A stretch of 64,000 nt of DNA, from the NCBI GenBank assembly GCA_004431415.1, contig QPMI01000416.1:434001-498000 (forward strand). Direction: 5' to 3'. This document shows, piece by piece, positions 45,701 to 58,300 of the stretch (positions are counted from its first letter, which is position 1; every line of letters starts with the position of its first letter). Source of the DNA: Cyanophora paradoxa CCMP329. Its lineage: Eukaryota; Plantae; Glaucophyta. The translations under genes and the position numbers were made by a program. The notes beneath the pieces were generated by a model. The model was not told the origin of the DNA, did no database searches, and saw only the letters and a list, made by a program, of their open reading frames with translations.

Positions 45701-48700
45701 GGGCTGGGTGACGGGCTCGGGCTCGGGCTCGCAGTCGGCGACGGGCTGGGCGACGGGCTCGGGCTCGGCGTCTCCGTCGGCGACGGGCTGGGCGACGGGC
45801 TCGGGCTCGGCGTCTCCTCGGCGACGGGCTGGGCGACGGGCTCGGGCTCGGGCTCGCAGTCGGCGACGGGCTGGGCAACGGGCTCGGGCTCGGGCTCGCA
45901 GTCGGTGACGGGCTGGGCGACGGGCTCGGGCTCGGCGTCTCCGTCGGCGACGGGCTGGGCGACGGACTCGGGCTCGGCGTCGCAGTCGGCGACGGGCTGG
46001 GCGATGGGCTCGGGCTCGGGCTCGCAGTCGGCGACGAACTGGGCGACGGGCTGGGCGACGGGCTCGGGCTCGGGCTCGCAGTCGGCGACGGGCTGGGCGA
46101 CGGGCTCGGGCTCGGGCTCGCAGTCGGCGACGGGCTGGGCGACGGGCTCGGGCTCGGCGTCTCCGACGGCGACGGGCTGGGCGACGGGCTCGCGCTCGGG
46201 CTCGCAGTCGGCGACGGGCTGGGCGACGGGCTCGGGCTCGGGCTCGCAGTTGGCGACGGGCTGGGCGACGGGCTCGGGCTCGGCGTCTCCGTCGGCGACG
46301 GGCTGGGCGACGGGCTCGGCTCGGGCTCGCAGTCGGCGACGGGCTGGGCGAAGGGCTCGGGCTCGGCTCGCAGTCGGCGACGGCTGGGCGACGGGCTCGG
46401 GCTCGGGCTCGCAGTCGGCGACGGGCTGGGCGACGGGCTCGGGCTCGGGCTCGCAGTCGGCGACGGGCTGGGCGAAGGGCTCGGGCTCGGGCTCGCAGTT
46501 GGCGACGGGCTGGGCGAAGGGCTCGGGCTCGGGCTCGCAGTCAGCGACGGGCTGGGCGACGGGCTGGGCGACGGGCTCGGGCTCGGCGTCTCCGACGGCG
46601 ACGGGCTGGGCGACGGGCTCGGGCTCGGGCTCGCAGTCGGCGACGGGCTGGGCGACGGGCTCGGGCTCGGCTCGCAGTCGGCGACGGCTGGGCGACGGGC
46701 TCGGGCTCGGCGTCTCCGTCAGCGACGGGCTGGGCGACGGGCTCGGGCTCGGGCTCGCAGTCGGCGACGGGCTGGGCGACGGGCTCGGGCTCGGCGTCGC
46801 AGTCGGCGACGGGCTGGGCGACGGGCTCGGGCTCGGCGTCTCCGTCGGCGACGGGCTGGGCGACGGGCTCGGGCTCGGCGTCTCCCTCGGCGACGGGCTG
46901 GGCGACGGGCTCGGGCTCGGGCTCGCAGTCGGCGACGGGCTGGGTGACGGGCTCGGGCTCGGGCTCGCAGTCGGCGACGGGCTGGGTGACGGGCTCGGGC
47001 TCGGGCTCGCAGTCGGCGACGGGCTGGGCGACGGGCTCGGGCTCGGGCTCGCAGTCGGCGACGGGCTGGGCGACGGGCTCGGGCTCGGCGTCTCCCTCGG
47101 CGACGGGCTGGGCGACGGGCTCGGGCTCGGGCTCGCAGTCGGCGACGGGCTGGGCGACGGGCTCGGGCTCGGGCTCGCAGTCGGCGACGGGCTGGGTGAC
47201 GGGCTCGGGCTCGGGCTCGCAGTCGGCGACGGGCTGGGCGACGGGCTCGGGCTCGGCGTCTCCGTCGGCGACGGGCTGGGCGACGGGCTCGGGCTCGGCG
47301 TCTCCCTCGGCGACGGGCTGGGCGACGGGCTCGGGCTCGGGCTCGCAGTCGGCGACGGGCTGGGCAACGGGCTCGGGCTCGGGCTCGCAGTCGGTGACGG
47401 GCTGGGCGACGGGCTCGGGCTCGGCGTCTCCGTCGGCGACGGGCTGGGCGACGGACTCGGGCTCGGCGTCGCAGTCGGCGACGGGCTGGGCGATGGGCTC
47501 GGGCTCGGGCTCGCAGTCGGCGACGAACTGGGCGACGGGCTGGGCGACGGGCTCGGGCTCGGGCTCGCAGTCGGCGACGGGCTGGGCGACGGGCTCGGGC
47601 TCGGGCTCGCAGTCGGCGACGGGCTGGGCGACGGGCTCGGGCTCGGCGTCTCGACGGCGACGGGCTGGGCGACGGGCTCGCGCTCGGGCTCGCAGTCGGC
47701 GACGGGCTGGGCGACGGGCTCGGGCTCGGGCTCGCAGTTGGCGACGGGCTGGGCGACGGGCTCGGGCTCGGCGTCTCCGTCGGCGACGGGCTGGGCGACG
47801 GGCTCGGGCTCGGGCTCGCAGTCGGCGACGGGCTGGCGAGGCTCGGGCTCGGGCTCGCAGTCGGCGACGGGCTGGGCGACGGGCTCGGGCTCGGCTCGCA
47901 GTCGCGACGGTGGCGACGGGCTCGGGCTGCATCGGCGGCTGCGAGGCTCGTCGGCTCGCAGGCGAGGCTGGGCGAAGGGCTCGGCTCGGCTCGCAGTCGG
48001 CGACGGGCTGGGCGACGGGCTCGGGCTCGGGCTCGCAGTCGGCGACGGGCTGGGCGACGGGCTCGGGCTCGGGCTCGCAGTCGGCGACGGGCTGGGCGAC
48101 GGGCTCGGGCTCGGCTCGCAGTCGGCGACGGCTGGGCGACGGGCTCGGCTCGGGCTCGCAGTCGGCGACGGGCTGGGCGACGGGCTCGGGCTCGGCTCGC
48201 AGTCGGCGACGGGCTGGGCGACGGGCTCGGCTCGGGCTCGCAGTCGGCGACGGCTGGGCGACGGCTCGGCTCGGGCTCGCAGTCGGCGACGGGCTGGGCG
48301 ACGGGCTCGGGCTCGGGCTCGCAGTCGGCGACGGGCTGGGCGACGGGCTCGGGCTCGGGCTCGCAGTCGGCGACGGGCTGGGCGACGGGCTCGGGCTCGG
48401 GCTCGCAGTCGGCGACGGGCTGGGCGACGGGCTCGGGCTCGGGCTCGCAGTCGGCGACGGGCTGGGCGACGGGCTCGGGCTCGGGCTCGCAGTCGGCGAC
48501 GGCTGGGCGACGGGCTCGGGCTCGGGCTCGCAGTCGGCGACGGGCTGGGCGACGGGCTCGGGCTCGGGCTCGCAGTCGGCGACGGGCTGGGCGACGGGCT
48601 CGGGCTCGGGCTCGCAGTCGGCGACGGGCTGGGCGACGGGCTCGGGCTCGGGCTCGCAGTCGGCGACGGGCTGGGCGACGGGCTCGGCTCGGGCTCGCAG

Positions 48701-51700
48701 TCGGCGACGGGCTGGGCGACGGGCTCGGGCTCGGGCTCGCAGTCGGCGACGGCTGGGCGACGGGCTCGGGCTCGGGCTCGCAGTCGGCGACGGGCTGGGC
48801 GACGGGCTCGGCTCGGGCTCGCAGTCGGCGACGGGCTGGGCGACGGGCTCGGGCTCGGGCTCGCAGTCGGCGACGGGCTGGGCGACGGCTCGGGCTCGGG
48901 CTCGCAGTCGGCGACGGGCTGGGCGACGGCTCGGGCTCGGCTCGCAGTCGGCGACGGGCTGGGCGACGGGCTCGGGCTCGGGCTCGCAGTCGGCGACGGG
49001 CTGGGCGACGGGCTCGGGCTCGGGCTCGCAGTCGGCGACGGGCTGGGCGACGGGCTCGGGCTCGGGCTCGCAGTCGGCGACGGGCTGGGCGACGGGCTCG
49101 GGCTCGGCTCGCAGTCGGCGACGGGCTGGGCGACGGGCTCGGGCTCGGGCTCGCAGTCGGCGACGGCTGGGCGACGGGCTCGGGCTCGGCGCTCGCGACG
49201 GGCTGGCGACGGCTCGGCCGGCTCGCAGTCGGCGACGGGCTGGGCGACGGGCTCGGGCTCGGGCTCGCAGTCGGCGACGGGCTGGGCGACGGGCTCGGGC
49301 TCGGCTCGCAGTCGGCGACGGGCTGGCGACGGGCTCGGGCTCGCAGTCGGCGACGGCTGGGCGACGGGCTCGGGCTCGGCTCGCAGTCGGCGACGGGCTG
49401 GGCGACGGGCTCGGGCTCGGGCTCGCAGTCGGCGACGGGCTGGGCGACGGGCTCGGGCTCGGGCTCGCAGTCGGCGACGGGCTGGCGACGGGCTCGGGCT
49501 CGGCTCGCAGTCGGCGACGGGCTGGGCGACGGCTCGGGCTCGGCTCGCAGTCGGCGACGGGCTGGGCGACGGCTCGGGCTCGGTCGCAGTCGGCGATCGG
49601 GCTGGGCGACGGGCTGCGAGGCTCGGGCTCGCTTGGCGACGGGGCTCGGGCTGACGGGCTCGGGCTCGGGCTCTCGCAGTCGGCGACGGGCTGGGCGACG
49701 GCTCGGGCTCGGGCTCGAGTCGGCTGGCGACGTGGCTGGCAGTCGCGACGGGCTCGAGGCTCGGGCTCGGTCGCAGTGCGAGCGGGACGGGCTCGGGCGC
49801 AGTCGAGGCTCGAGGTCGCTCGGCGTCGAAGTCGGCAACGGGCTGGGCGACGGGCTCGGGCTCGGGCTCGCAGTCGGCGACGGGCTGGGCGACGGGCTCG
49901 GGCTCGGGCTCGCAGTCGGCGACGGGCTGGGCGACGGGCTCGGGCTCGGGCTCGCAGTCGGCGACGGGCTGGGGGGAGTAGGTGCAGTCAAGGTTGTGAA
50001 AGTGATCGATGCCCAGGCTCCAACGCCCAAAGCGTTTCTGTTTTCTTTCGCGATAAGCGTTTCTGGTCCTCATGAACAAACACACACATGCGTACCTCCC
50101 TGCAAAGCCCGTCGTGTATAACGTCGAGGCGTTCAGCGACGAGAAAGTGTGCGTGAAAGTCGTGTTTGGGAGTGATGCGACCAGAGTTCCGTCCAAGTAG
50201 ACCAGCCACTCCAGAATCGGAAAGCCCCCCGTGTTCCCGGCGCTCCAGCGTGCGCTGCCCGAAGAGGAAGACAGGGCGGCGATCGACAGGTTTGTCGGCG
50301 CTCCGGGCACGTCCGTCGGCGTCGTGATCGTGATCGGCGCGCGGGAGGTGCTGGATCCCAGCGGGTTCGAGCACGAGGCGTTCACCTGCGTCAGCGCGCG
50401 GTAGTTATATACAGTTACAAGAAGCCCATTCCTGTACGGCGCCAATTACAACTGCGAACCACGTATGTTGTGGCAGAGGTCAGCCCTCCGATGCTCTGAG
50501 AGCCCTCTCTGGCGGGGAAGGTCTTGTAGTTCGTGGTGCTTGCGCCCATCGTTTGCACCGTACAGTCTGCGGCGGCGAAGGTCGACCATGCGTCCCAGAG
50601 AGCTCGCGACCAAATACAACACTCACTCGTGTTGTCGAAGTTTCCGTTCGAAATGGAAACGGTAACATTCAGAGTCGTCGAGTTGATTGCAGTGACGGAG
50701 ATGCTGGGAGTGCCGGGGCTCTGGTATCGTACTTCGTAAGAAGTTGATGATCATATGCATGATATCCGCGTAATTATATATATAAATACACAGCGCACGA
50801 ACCGAGACGGTCCTCATTATGCGCATCCGAGCGCCCGTCAACTCGCCGAGAACGATGGACGTCCCGTCCACTGCGCAACTTCGCATCAGCGCGAGCGTCG
50901 ACGTCGACGTCGACGCATGAAGTCGGCCGGGCGGCAGGATCCGGACCGGCGGCGAGGACCCGGGGGTCGTTCAGGCCCCCGGCGGGAAGGGTCCCGTCCA
51001 CCGAGAACGAGGGGCTCGACAGGATTGTCGCGAGGGCCGGCGCGGCGCTGTTGACGTTCACATCTGAGAGAGGGTTGATGAGTTCAGGGCGCTCGAAATT
51101 CGAAAATTCGGGACTCGATGTGCGCACAGTACAGCACCGAGCCGCCGGTCGAGTTGCGCCCGGCGACAAAAAGGTTGCCCGTGATCTGCACAAGAGAAAA
51201 TCCAACCTACATAAGCTGAAAGCAAATTGAACCCAGCCGATGCACACCTGCTCGATGGTCATTGCGTAGGCGTTCGTCGGCCCGAGGCGAGCGTCCGACA
51301 GAAACGGGAATGATTCGCCTGGGACAGTCGTCATCAGCACGGACACGTGCGGGATAAATTGACCGTGAGCAGTACCTGTGGCGGGGTCGATCCTGCGGAT
51401 GGCACTGCAGCCGTTGTCCAGCAGATAAAACATACTCTGAGGTGTTAGACAGTCAACAGATCTAGATGCGTGAAGCCGCGTCAGGAAATGGCCGCGGCGG
51501 GGCGCGAACCGTGGCCTCGTAGAAGGCGCTGCCCTGGAGCACCGTGCTTATCCTGACAAGGTTCCTGCGCGAGGATCGACCGGAGTTCGTTCTGCGTCTG
51601 TACTTGTGTACTATAGATCATTAGAACAGCGCTGGCGCACCTGTTGGAGGAATCTACACAACCAGACTGCGCGAAAGATAATAAGCGGTACCCGGTGGCC

Positions 51701-53574
51701 ATGGGGGGCAAGGTGCAGTACAAGTGGGAAAGGGGGGGGAGAGGGGAAGGGGGATGCCTAGCGGGGGGGGGGGGGGGGGAGGGGGGCTGGGCTCAGTAGG
51801 TGAACAACGGGGCCAGGGCGGGAGGGATGGGGGAGGGAGGGAGAAGGAGGAAGGGGAGGGGGGCGGGGGAGGGGCGGGCCAGCGGGGAGGTGGGGACTGG
51901 GCGCAGTATTAGCACGGGGGAGGGGGGGGGGGGGGGGGGAGGGGGGAGGGGAAGGGGGGGGGGCGGCGCGGGGCGCGCGGGGGGCTGGGGGGGAGGGGGA
52001 GGGGGGCTGGGCGCAGTACCAGTGGGGGAGCTGGGCGCAGGGTAGCTATAGGGGCGGGAAGGGGGGAAGGGGCGGCGGAAGGGGGGGGGGGGGGGGCGGG
52101 GAAGAGGGGGGGGCGGGGTGGGGGGAAGGGGGGCGAATTCGAACCTGCTTCGAAGCCGTTCCAGCTATCGACTCTGTCTGGGCTGCGAACCGCCACAGTC
52201 AGATCGATGCGCGATATTAATGCACATGTGGGGCCGGCGGATCGAGGACGAACTCGTGTCTATGTGAATGGCGTTGATCTCAAAATCGAAGGCGATGAAG
52301 ACCTGGCGGGTGGAGACTCGAAAGGCGACTGACTGGGGCACCTGCGGACGCGCGCGCGCGCGCGGGGCTCACGATCGCAGAACAGACGGATCGCGATCGA
52401 TGAGAAATTAAATCTAGAGGCCCCGCGCGGCGTGCAGGGGACACAGCTAGATCGCACGGCGGGCAGGCCGCATAGCTAGGCTTCCCTCCGCTCTTCCCTC
52501 CCCGCTCCCCCCTTCCGCGCACGTCTCTGATGTCCTGGATCTTCGCAACGGCGCCCGTCGACAGCGTGATTTTGCGCAGCAGCTTCGACGTCTCCGCCAC
52601 GATAACGGCATCGTCCGAGAAGCCCGTGCCGGCGTCGTAAACCATCCCAGTGATGGTCGAGAATCTGCAGCGGCGTACGCGTCAGCGCTCGCGCGCGCGT
52701 TGGGCAGAGGCAGCGCGGGCGACGGTAGAGATATAGAACGCATGCGCACGTGGCGATGGTCCCTGTGCCTGTGCACGTTCCCGGCAGTCCCGAAACCAGC
52801 GTTGCTGTGAGGGTGGCTGAAAACGACGCGTTGTCAGTGCGCATGCAAATGTTTCTTTCGCGCCCGCGCGAGCGGCCGGCGCGGGCCCCCGGCCCCGGCC
52901 CAAGGTTTATCATGATAATTAGCACGCACTGGAGGAGGAGGAGGGCGAGAAGGGCGAGATGGCCCGAACGGCGCAGTTGTCGGCAAGGTACAGGGCGCCC
53001 CTCTGCGGAGCGTACACGGCGGCTGCGGGACGGAACGCCGGAGTGAGAGGGGGGAGTGGGGGGGGAGGGAGGAGCGGGTGGAGCGGGGGGGGGGGGGGGG
53101 GCGGGGGGGGGGGGGGGGCGGGGGGGGGAAGCTGAAGTGGCGCGCCCGTGATTCTGTTGAAGGTGGCTACAGAGGCGCAGGCGCCGTTGGTCGAGCCCCC
53201 TGCGCCCGTGCCGCAGAGAGTCGCGAGCCGCGCCTGGCAATCTGCACCCGCACGCGCGCGGCGCGGTCAGATCTAGAGCGTCGAAGAGGGGGCAAGAAGA
53301 ACGGAAGCTGGGCATGCGGACCGGTGCCGGCGCAAGAGAACTGCGCGAGGGCTGCGGGCGACAGCAGCGCCAGCAGCACTGCAAGCAGGGCCGCGGCCGG
53401 CCCCGCTGCCGCCACGCACGCTGGCGCCGGCGCCGGTCTTCTCCGCTTCCGCCGCCAGCCATGAAAGCGGGACTGCTGAGACTCAGAACTGCCGGCGCGT
53501 CGGCGGCCGCAGCCGTGCCGCCCCTCGCAGCGCCCGCAGCTCATCGAAATCGCTGCCGGCCGCGGGCTCTCCAT
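38152..53574 (-). CDS. Giant multipass membrane protein: signal peptide, NHL beta-propeller, FN3 domains, (Ser-Pro)n stalk, FN3-like domain, Flc/Pkd2-type TRP-like membrane domain with very long loop
   Basis: Signal [19 protein letters not shown]; NHL-like [13 protein letters not shown]...[35 protein letters not shown]; FN3 PGAPTNLSI...[14 protein letters not shown]...LNASTLY. Membrane exons: [14 protein letters not shown]|..[67 protein letters not shown]|[58 protein letters not shown]. Joining all exons into one gene is inferred, and the start codon is uncertain (53544, 53574 or 53631). Confidence 0.7.
44867..49972 (-). repeat. Coding tandem repeat, 42 bp unit encoding [14 protein letters not shown] (extensin/HRGP-like), roughly 120 units
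   Basis: The + strand unit is ggcgacgggctgggcgacgggctcgggctcgggctcgcagtc, with TETP/TATP/RETP variants. Scattered small indels shift the frame. Confidence 0.95.
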
Positions 53575-54467
53575 GCTTCCAGGCTGCAGCTGCAGCTGGT
53601 CCGCTGCACCGCAGCTGCCCGCGACGGTCATCGCCGCTTGCTGACCGCACGGCCCGCGCTCCGGCACCGATCGCGGCCACCTGCCCTTTCGCGCATGCTT
53701 CTCGTCGGCTCACTCTAGATCTGCGCATGCGCATGCGCGAGCGATCAGGTTCCGCGTGTGCCAGAGCACAGGATGATCATGAGCAGTCAGCGGACCACGC
53801 CTCGGCAACGCACCTTCATCGCACGCCAGCGCCGCGGGCGCGCCGATGAGCCCGCGGCCGCCGCGGCGGCCGCGCGGCCACAAGAGTCAAGCTGCGGACG
53901 CGTGCTGCTCCGCGGCGCCGAACCTGCAGCTATTTCGCTCCAGTGTCATTCGGATTCGCTTCCCCGCTTAGGGCAGTATAGCTAGCTGCAGCTGGTGGCC
54001 ACGGAATCGAGAAGCTGCTCCCGCGGCCGCGCGCGGCCGGCGCCCCCGGGCCGCCGGGAAACAGTAACTAGTACTAGTACGTACTGCCGGGGGCTTCGGC
54101 GCCTGCTCGGAGCTGTGTGCGAGCTCGAACTGGCGATTTCTGCGGCTGACGTCGACGCGACGGAGACGCGTGCGCACGCGTACGGCCACCGGTACCGCGT
54201 GTGCGCCCGCGCACGGATTTAGGTCGACGTCTGGAGCGCTCCGAAGCCTCCGATGTTGTTCTAACCCGCTGCAGATCATTGCCGAGGCGCACCGCCGCGT
54301 ACGGCGCAGTGGGCGCACGGGTCCCGCACCCTATGGCAGCCGGCGGCGCCGGAGCAGGAAGCCTCGACGGTCGCGAACGAAGCGAGCTCCGTGCAGGGTA
54401 GAGAATTATTCTGAGTAGCTAGCCTGTGCGGCTGTGTTCTCGGGGCACAGCGGCACTGCGGTGGCAG

Positions 54468-54865
54468 TAGGGTTGCCGTGTCCGATGTCAATTGACATTG
54501 ACATGTCAATGTCAGTTGACATGTCATGTCAATGTCCACGGGTCCGGGTTGACATGTCCATTGACATTGGGGGGGATACCCCTCTAAACAAGCTAAAACG
54601 CCTGCAAATCATGATTAAAACATGTAAGCAGCACTCTGCAAGCGTTAGCAGCACGTTTCTGATGTTAGGAAGGAGGCAGAAGGCAGCAGGGAGGCGCTGA
54701 GGACCTCGCCCAAGCTGCCCCGCCGCCTCACTTTTGGAATATAATATAATATAATATAATATAATAATCAATGTCAGTTGACATGTCGGTTGACATGTCA
54801 AATGTCCGATGTCAATGTCCACAGGGTAGACTGACATGTCAATTGACACGTGCACGGCAACCCTA
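54468..54865. mobile_element. Non-autonomous hAT-superfamily MITE (398 bp)
   Basis: Perfect 13 bp TIRs TAGGGTTGCCGTG / CACGGCAACCCTA and an identical 8 bp TSD GGTGGCAG (54460-54467 and 54866-54873). Subterminal TGACATGTCA palindrome arrays flank an AT-rich core with no transposase. Confidence 0.92.
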
Positions 54866-55106
54866 GGTGGCAGGCGCCGGTAACTACTAAGTTAGTACTA
54901 ACTAGCCTAGCCTGCGCACGTGCGGCGTGCCACGTACGTGCACCCTGGGCACAGAGAGCAGCCCCCGGGCCCCGGGGCCCCGGGCCCCGGCCCCCTGCAG
55001 TGCTGGTGTTTAGAGACTGTGGCTGGTATAAGTAATTCACCAATTGCGGTGCCATCGTTCTGCGCGGAATGTATCATGGCTCGATCACGGGTCGAGCCCA
55101 AACGAG

Positions 55107-55287
55107 CTAACGCCGCAGGGAGGCGGAGCGGGGCGGGGCGCCCCGGCGCAGGTCCTTGCGATCGACCGCGGGCCCGCCGGCGGACGCGAAGAGCTCGAGG
55201 CTCGCCGCGCGCCTCAGCGCCGCCCGCCGCCGCGGCCCCGGCGCACCCTGCGCCCCTACTACCACAGGAGCCGAGCCCCGCCGAGTC

Positions 55288-55345
<58 letters not shown>

Positions 55346-58300
55346 TCGCGGCCGCCTCTTCGTCGGAGGGCGGAGGCGGGGGCGCCGCCGCCGCCGCCCT
55401 GCGGCGGCCGGCCCCGGCCCCGTCTTCGTCGTCGCCCTCAATCGCGGCGACCTCATCGTCCACCTCCGCCCGCGCGTCGTCCGGATCGCTGTGGCGAAAG
55501 AAGAAAGAAAGAACGTGAGGGGGGTACGGCCGCAACAGAGCGAAGGGCCGTGCCTGTCGTAGTCGGCGGGGTCGGCGGCGGCGGAGCGGGCGAGGCGCGC
55601 CTCCAGTTCGCGGGCGACAGAGGCCGGCGTGGCGGCCGGCAGCGCCAGGCGCGGCGTGGACCGCGCCGATCCGGAGCCCGGCCCACCGGCGCCGGGCTGC
55701 CGCGCCCGTCCGCGGCGCCGGCGCCGGCGCCGGCGCCGCGGGCGCATCCGCCGAAGCCGACTGCTCGTAGAGTCCGGCGAAGCCCGCGGCGGCGACGACG
55801 TGGGCGGAGTGCCGGCAGGGCGGATCGCCCCTTCCCAGAGGTGCGCGGGGCCCGCCCCGGCGGGGCTCGGGAGGTGCGGGAGGCTCGAGGGCCGTGGCCC
55901 TCGGGGAGGGGCGCGAGGCGGCGTGCCCGCGGCCGCGGCCGCAGCCGCCCAGCGACAGCGACGGGAGCGGCCCCGCTCGCGGCGATTCCGCCCACGAGCG
56001 AGATCGTCGCAGAGCGCCGGAGGGTGCGCCTCGTCTGCCGCGGCGGCCCCTCGCCCGCAGCCGCCGAGTCCGACTCGCTGCGCGGGCGGACCGCGCCGGC
56101 AGCGCCTCCAACAGCGGCCGCCGGCAACGGCTGCGGCTGCGGAGACGGCTGCGGAGACGGCTGAGGGTGAGGCTGCAGGTGAGGCTGGCGGCGCGGCGTG
56201 CCAGTCGCGGGCGCGGTTGCCGCGCTGCCCCTTCGGGCGTCGCGCGGGAGCGGGGCGGGGTACCCCCGCCCGGCCCCGGCCCCGGCCCCAACAACGCCCG
56301 CCAGGGACCGGGCCGACCCGCCCTCGCCCTCGCCCTGCTCGGGCGCCCAGGACCAGGACGGGCTGCCGCCCTCGCCCTGCGCCGGGCGGGGCGAGGGCGT
56401 CGGGGGCAGCCCGCGCGCCTTGCGCTCGCGCCGCTGCGCCTTTCGGTCCCGCCGCCCCCGCACGTCGTCCGGGTCGCTGCGGCGAAAATAAATAACCGAG
56501 TGAGTCGCTGCGCCCGAAGACTCAAGCAGAATCTCTGTCCCCTCTATCTACCCCCTCCGGCCGCTGCCTCTGACCGGATCCGAAGAAGCAACTCGAAGGG
56601 CAGAGCGGCGCGTGGGGGGCGGGCGGGCGGGCAAGCGGGCGGTCGGGCCTGTCGTAGTCGTCTATCCCCTCTAACATTCTATCTAACTAGTCTTAACATA
56701 TATAGTGCCGGGCACAGCCTAGTCTTAACCTCAGGCTATCTATCTACCTCTCCGCGGGCGGGCGGGCGGGGGTGCGGACCTGTCGTAGTCGTCTATCCCC
56801 TCCAACCCTCTATCCAACTAGCCTTAGGGCTATCTATCCATCTCTCCGCGGGCGGGCGGACCTGTCGTAGTCGTCGGGGTTGGCGGCCTCGCAGCGCGCC
56901 AGCTTGGCCTCCATCGCCCGCGCCGACCGCGCCGTCGGCGTCGGCGGCCTAAGCACAGCGTTAGAACTTATAATAGCATTCTAGATAGATAGATTCAAGA
57001 TAGATCGTAATAGCGTGGCGCGGGCGTTAGCGTGCGTGTGTGTGTGTGTTCTAGAATTCCTGATAGCACTCTAGATAGAATCAAGATTATGTAGCATACT
57101 AATTAAAACTTTATGAGATGCTCTAAGATTAGCAGCAGCGGCGAACCCAACCGAACTCGATAAGATTAGCATCCTAGCTTCTTCTTCTTCTTCTTCTTAG
57201 TCTGATAGCTTCGTCTTCTATAAGATTCTATCAAAGACTCGGGCAGCGCACGGGGATGCGTCGGACGCGTCGCCAGAGGATGCGCCGCTGGCGCCGCCGC
57301 CGCCGCCGCCGCCGCCGGTGGAGCCGCGGCGCGGGCGGCGGCGCCGTAGGCCGAGTCCGAGGCCGGCGAGGGCGCCGTCCACCTCGACCTCGAGGGAGCG
57401 GCGGATGCCTTGCACCCCCGCTTCACACGCTGGAAGGAGGTAGGTTTAGGAAAGAACAGAGACGAGAGCGGAGGGCGGATGTGTATGTACCCCGCCGATC
57501 GAGCGGTCGCTCTTGGGGCTCGGGAGTGGGAGGGGAAGCGGGCGGGGCGAGCCCGCCGGCCCCGGCCGCGGATCCGGCCGAGCCGGCGGCCGCGGCCCGC
57601 GGGACGGCGAGGGCCCGAAGCGTTGGCAGCGGCGCCGCCGGACTCTTCCGCCCCACCGGCACATCGATGCGCAGCGCGGGGGGAAGGCGGCGCCGCGGGC
57701 GGCCCGCGGCCGGCGCCTCCTCCCTCCCCTCCTCCCCCTCCCCCTCCGGCGGCGGCGAGAACGTCCCAGCGCCCCTTCGGGCGACGCGAGACCCGCCGAC
57801 TCCGCAGTGGGCGCCGTGAGCAGCAGCGACGGCGGGCCGCGCGCCCCCGCGCCGCTGCCGCTCGCGGTCGACGCCCGCCGCTCCGACCCCGGAGCCGGCG
57901 ATTCCTCGTCTCCCCCCTCCGCCCCTTCCTCCTCCTGCCCGCCGCGCGCCCGCGGCGACTCATCTCCGTACCCCTCCTCCAGCTCCTCCCCCTCCTCCTC
58001 CTCCTCGCCTTCGTCGGAGGCGGGCGCGGGGGCCGCGGAGGGGCGCCGCGCTGCCTGCGCGGCCTGCCGGCGGCGGGCGACGATGCCGCGCCAGCGCGCC
58101 TGCAGGCACACCGCCGCGAACGCCTCCGCGACCTGAGCTCGCCTCGCTCAGATCAGATCGGCTCAAATCAGATATGATCTGAGCGGACCGTTGGGGCATC
58201 TGCGAGGGCGCCGGGGGCGGAGAAGTGGCGGAGGACTGGGCAGCCTTCCATGTACTCGAAGCGCGCCCGCTCCTCGATCTCCGGCACCAGCGGCACCAGC

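Noticed and set aside
45600-49830. Programmed frameshifting or pseudogenisation in the Ser-Pro array
   Set aside because: Scattered small deletions in a GC-rich repeat are more simply explained by long-read consensus error. This cannot be decided without reads.
44867-49972. CRISPR-like array
   Set aside because: There are no unique spacers; it is a pure coding tandem repeat in a eukaryotic gene.
44283-50075. Long + strand ORFs (GDGLGLG / [10 protein letters not shown] repeats) and alternative - strand frames ([19 protein letters not shown])
   Set aside because: These are shadow frames of a stop-free tandem repeat. Only the Ser-Pro frame joins the flanking FN3 exons.
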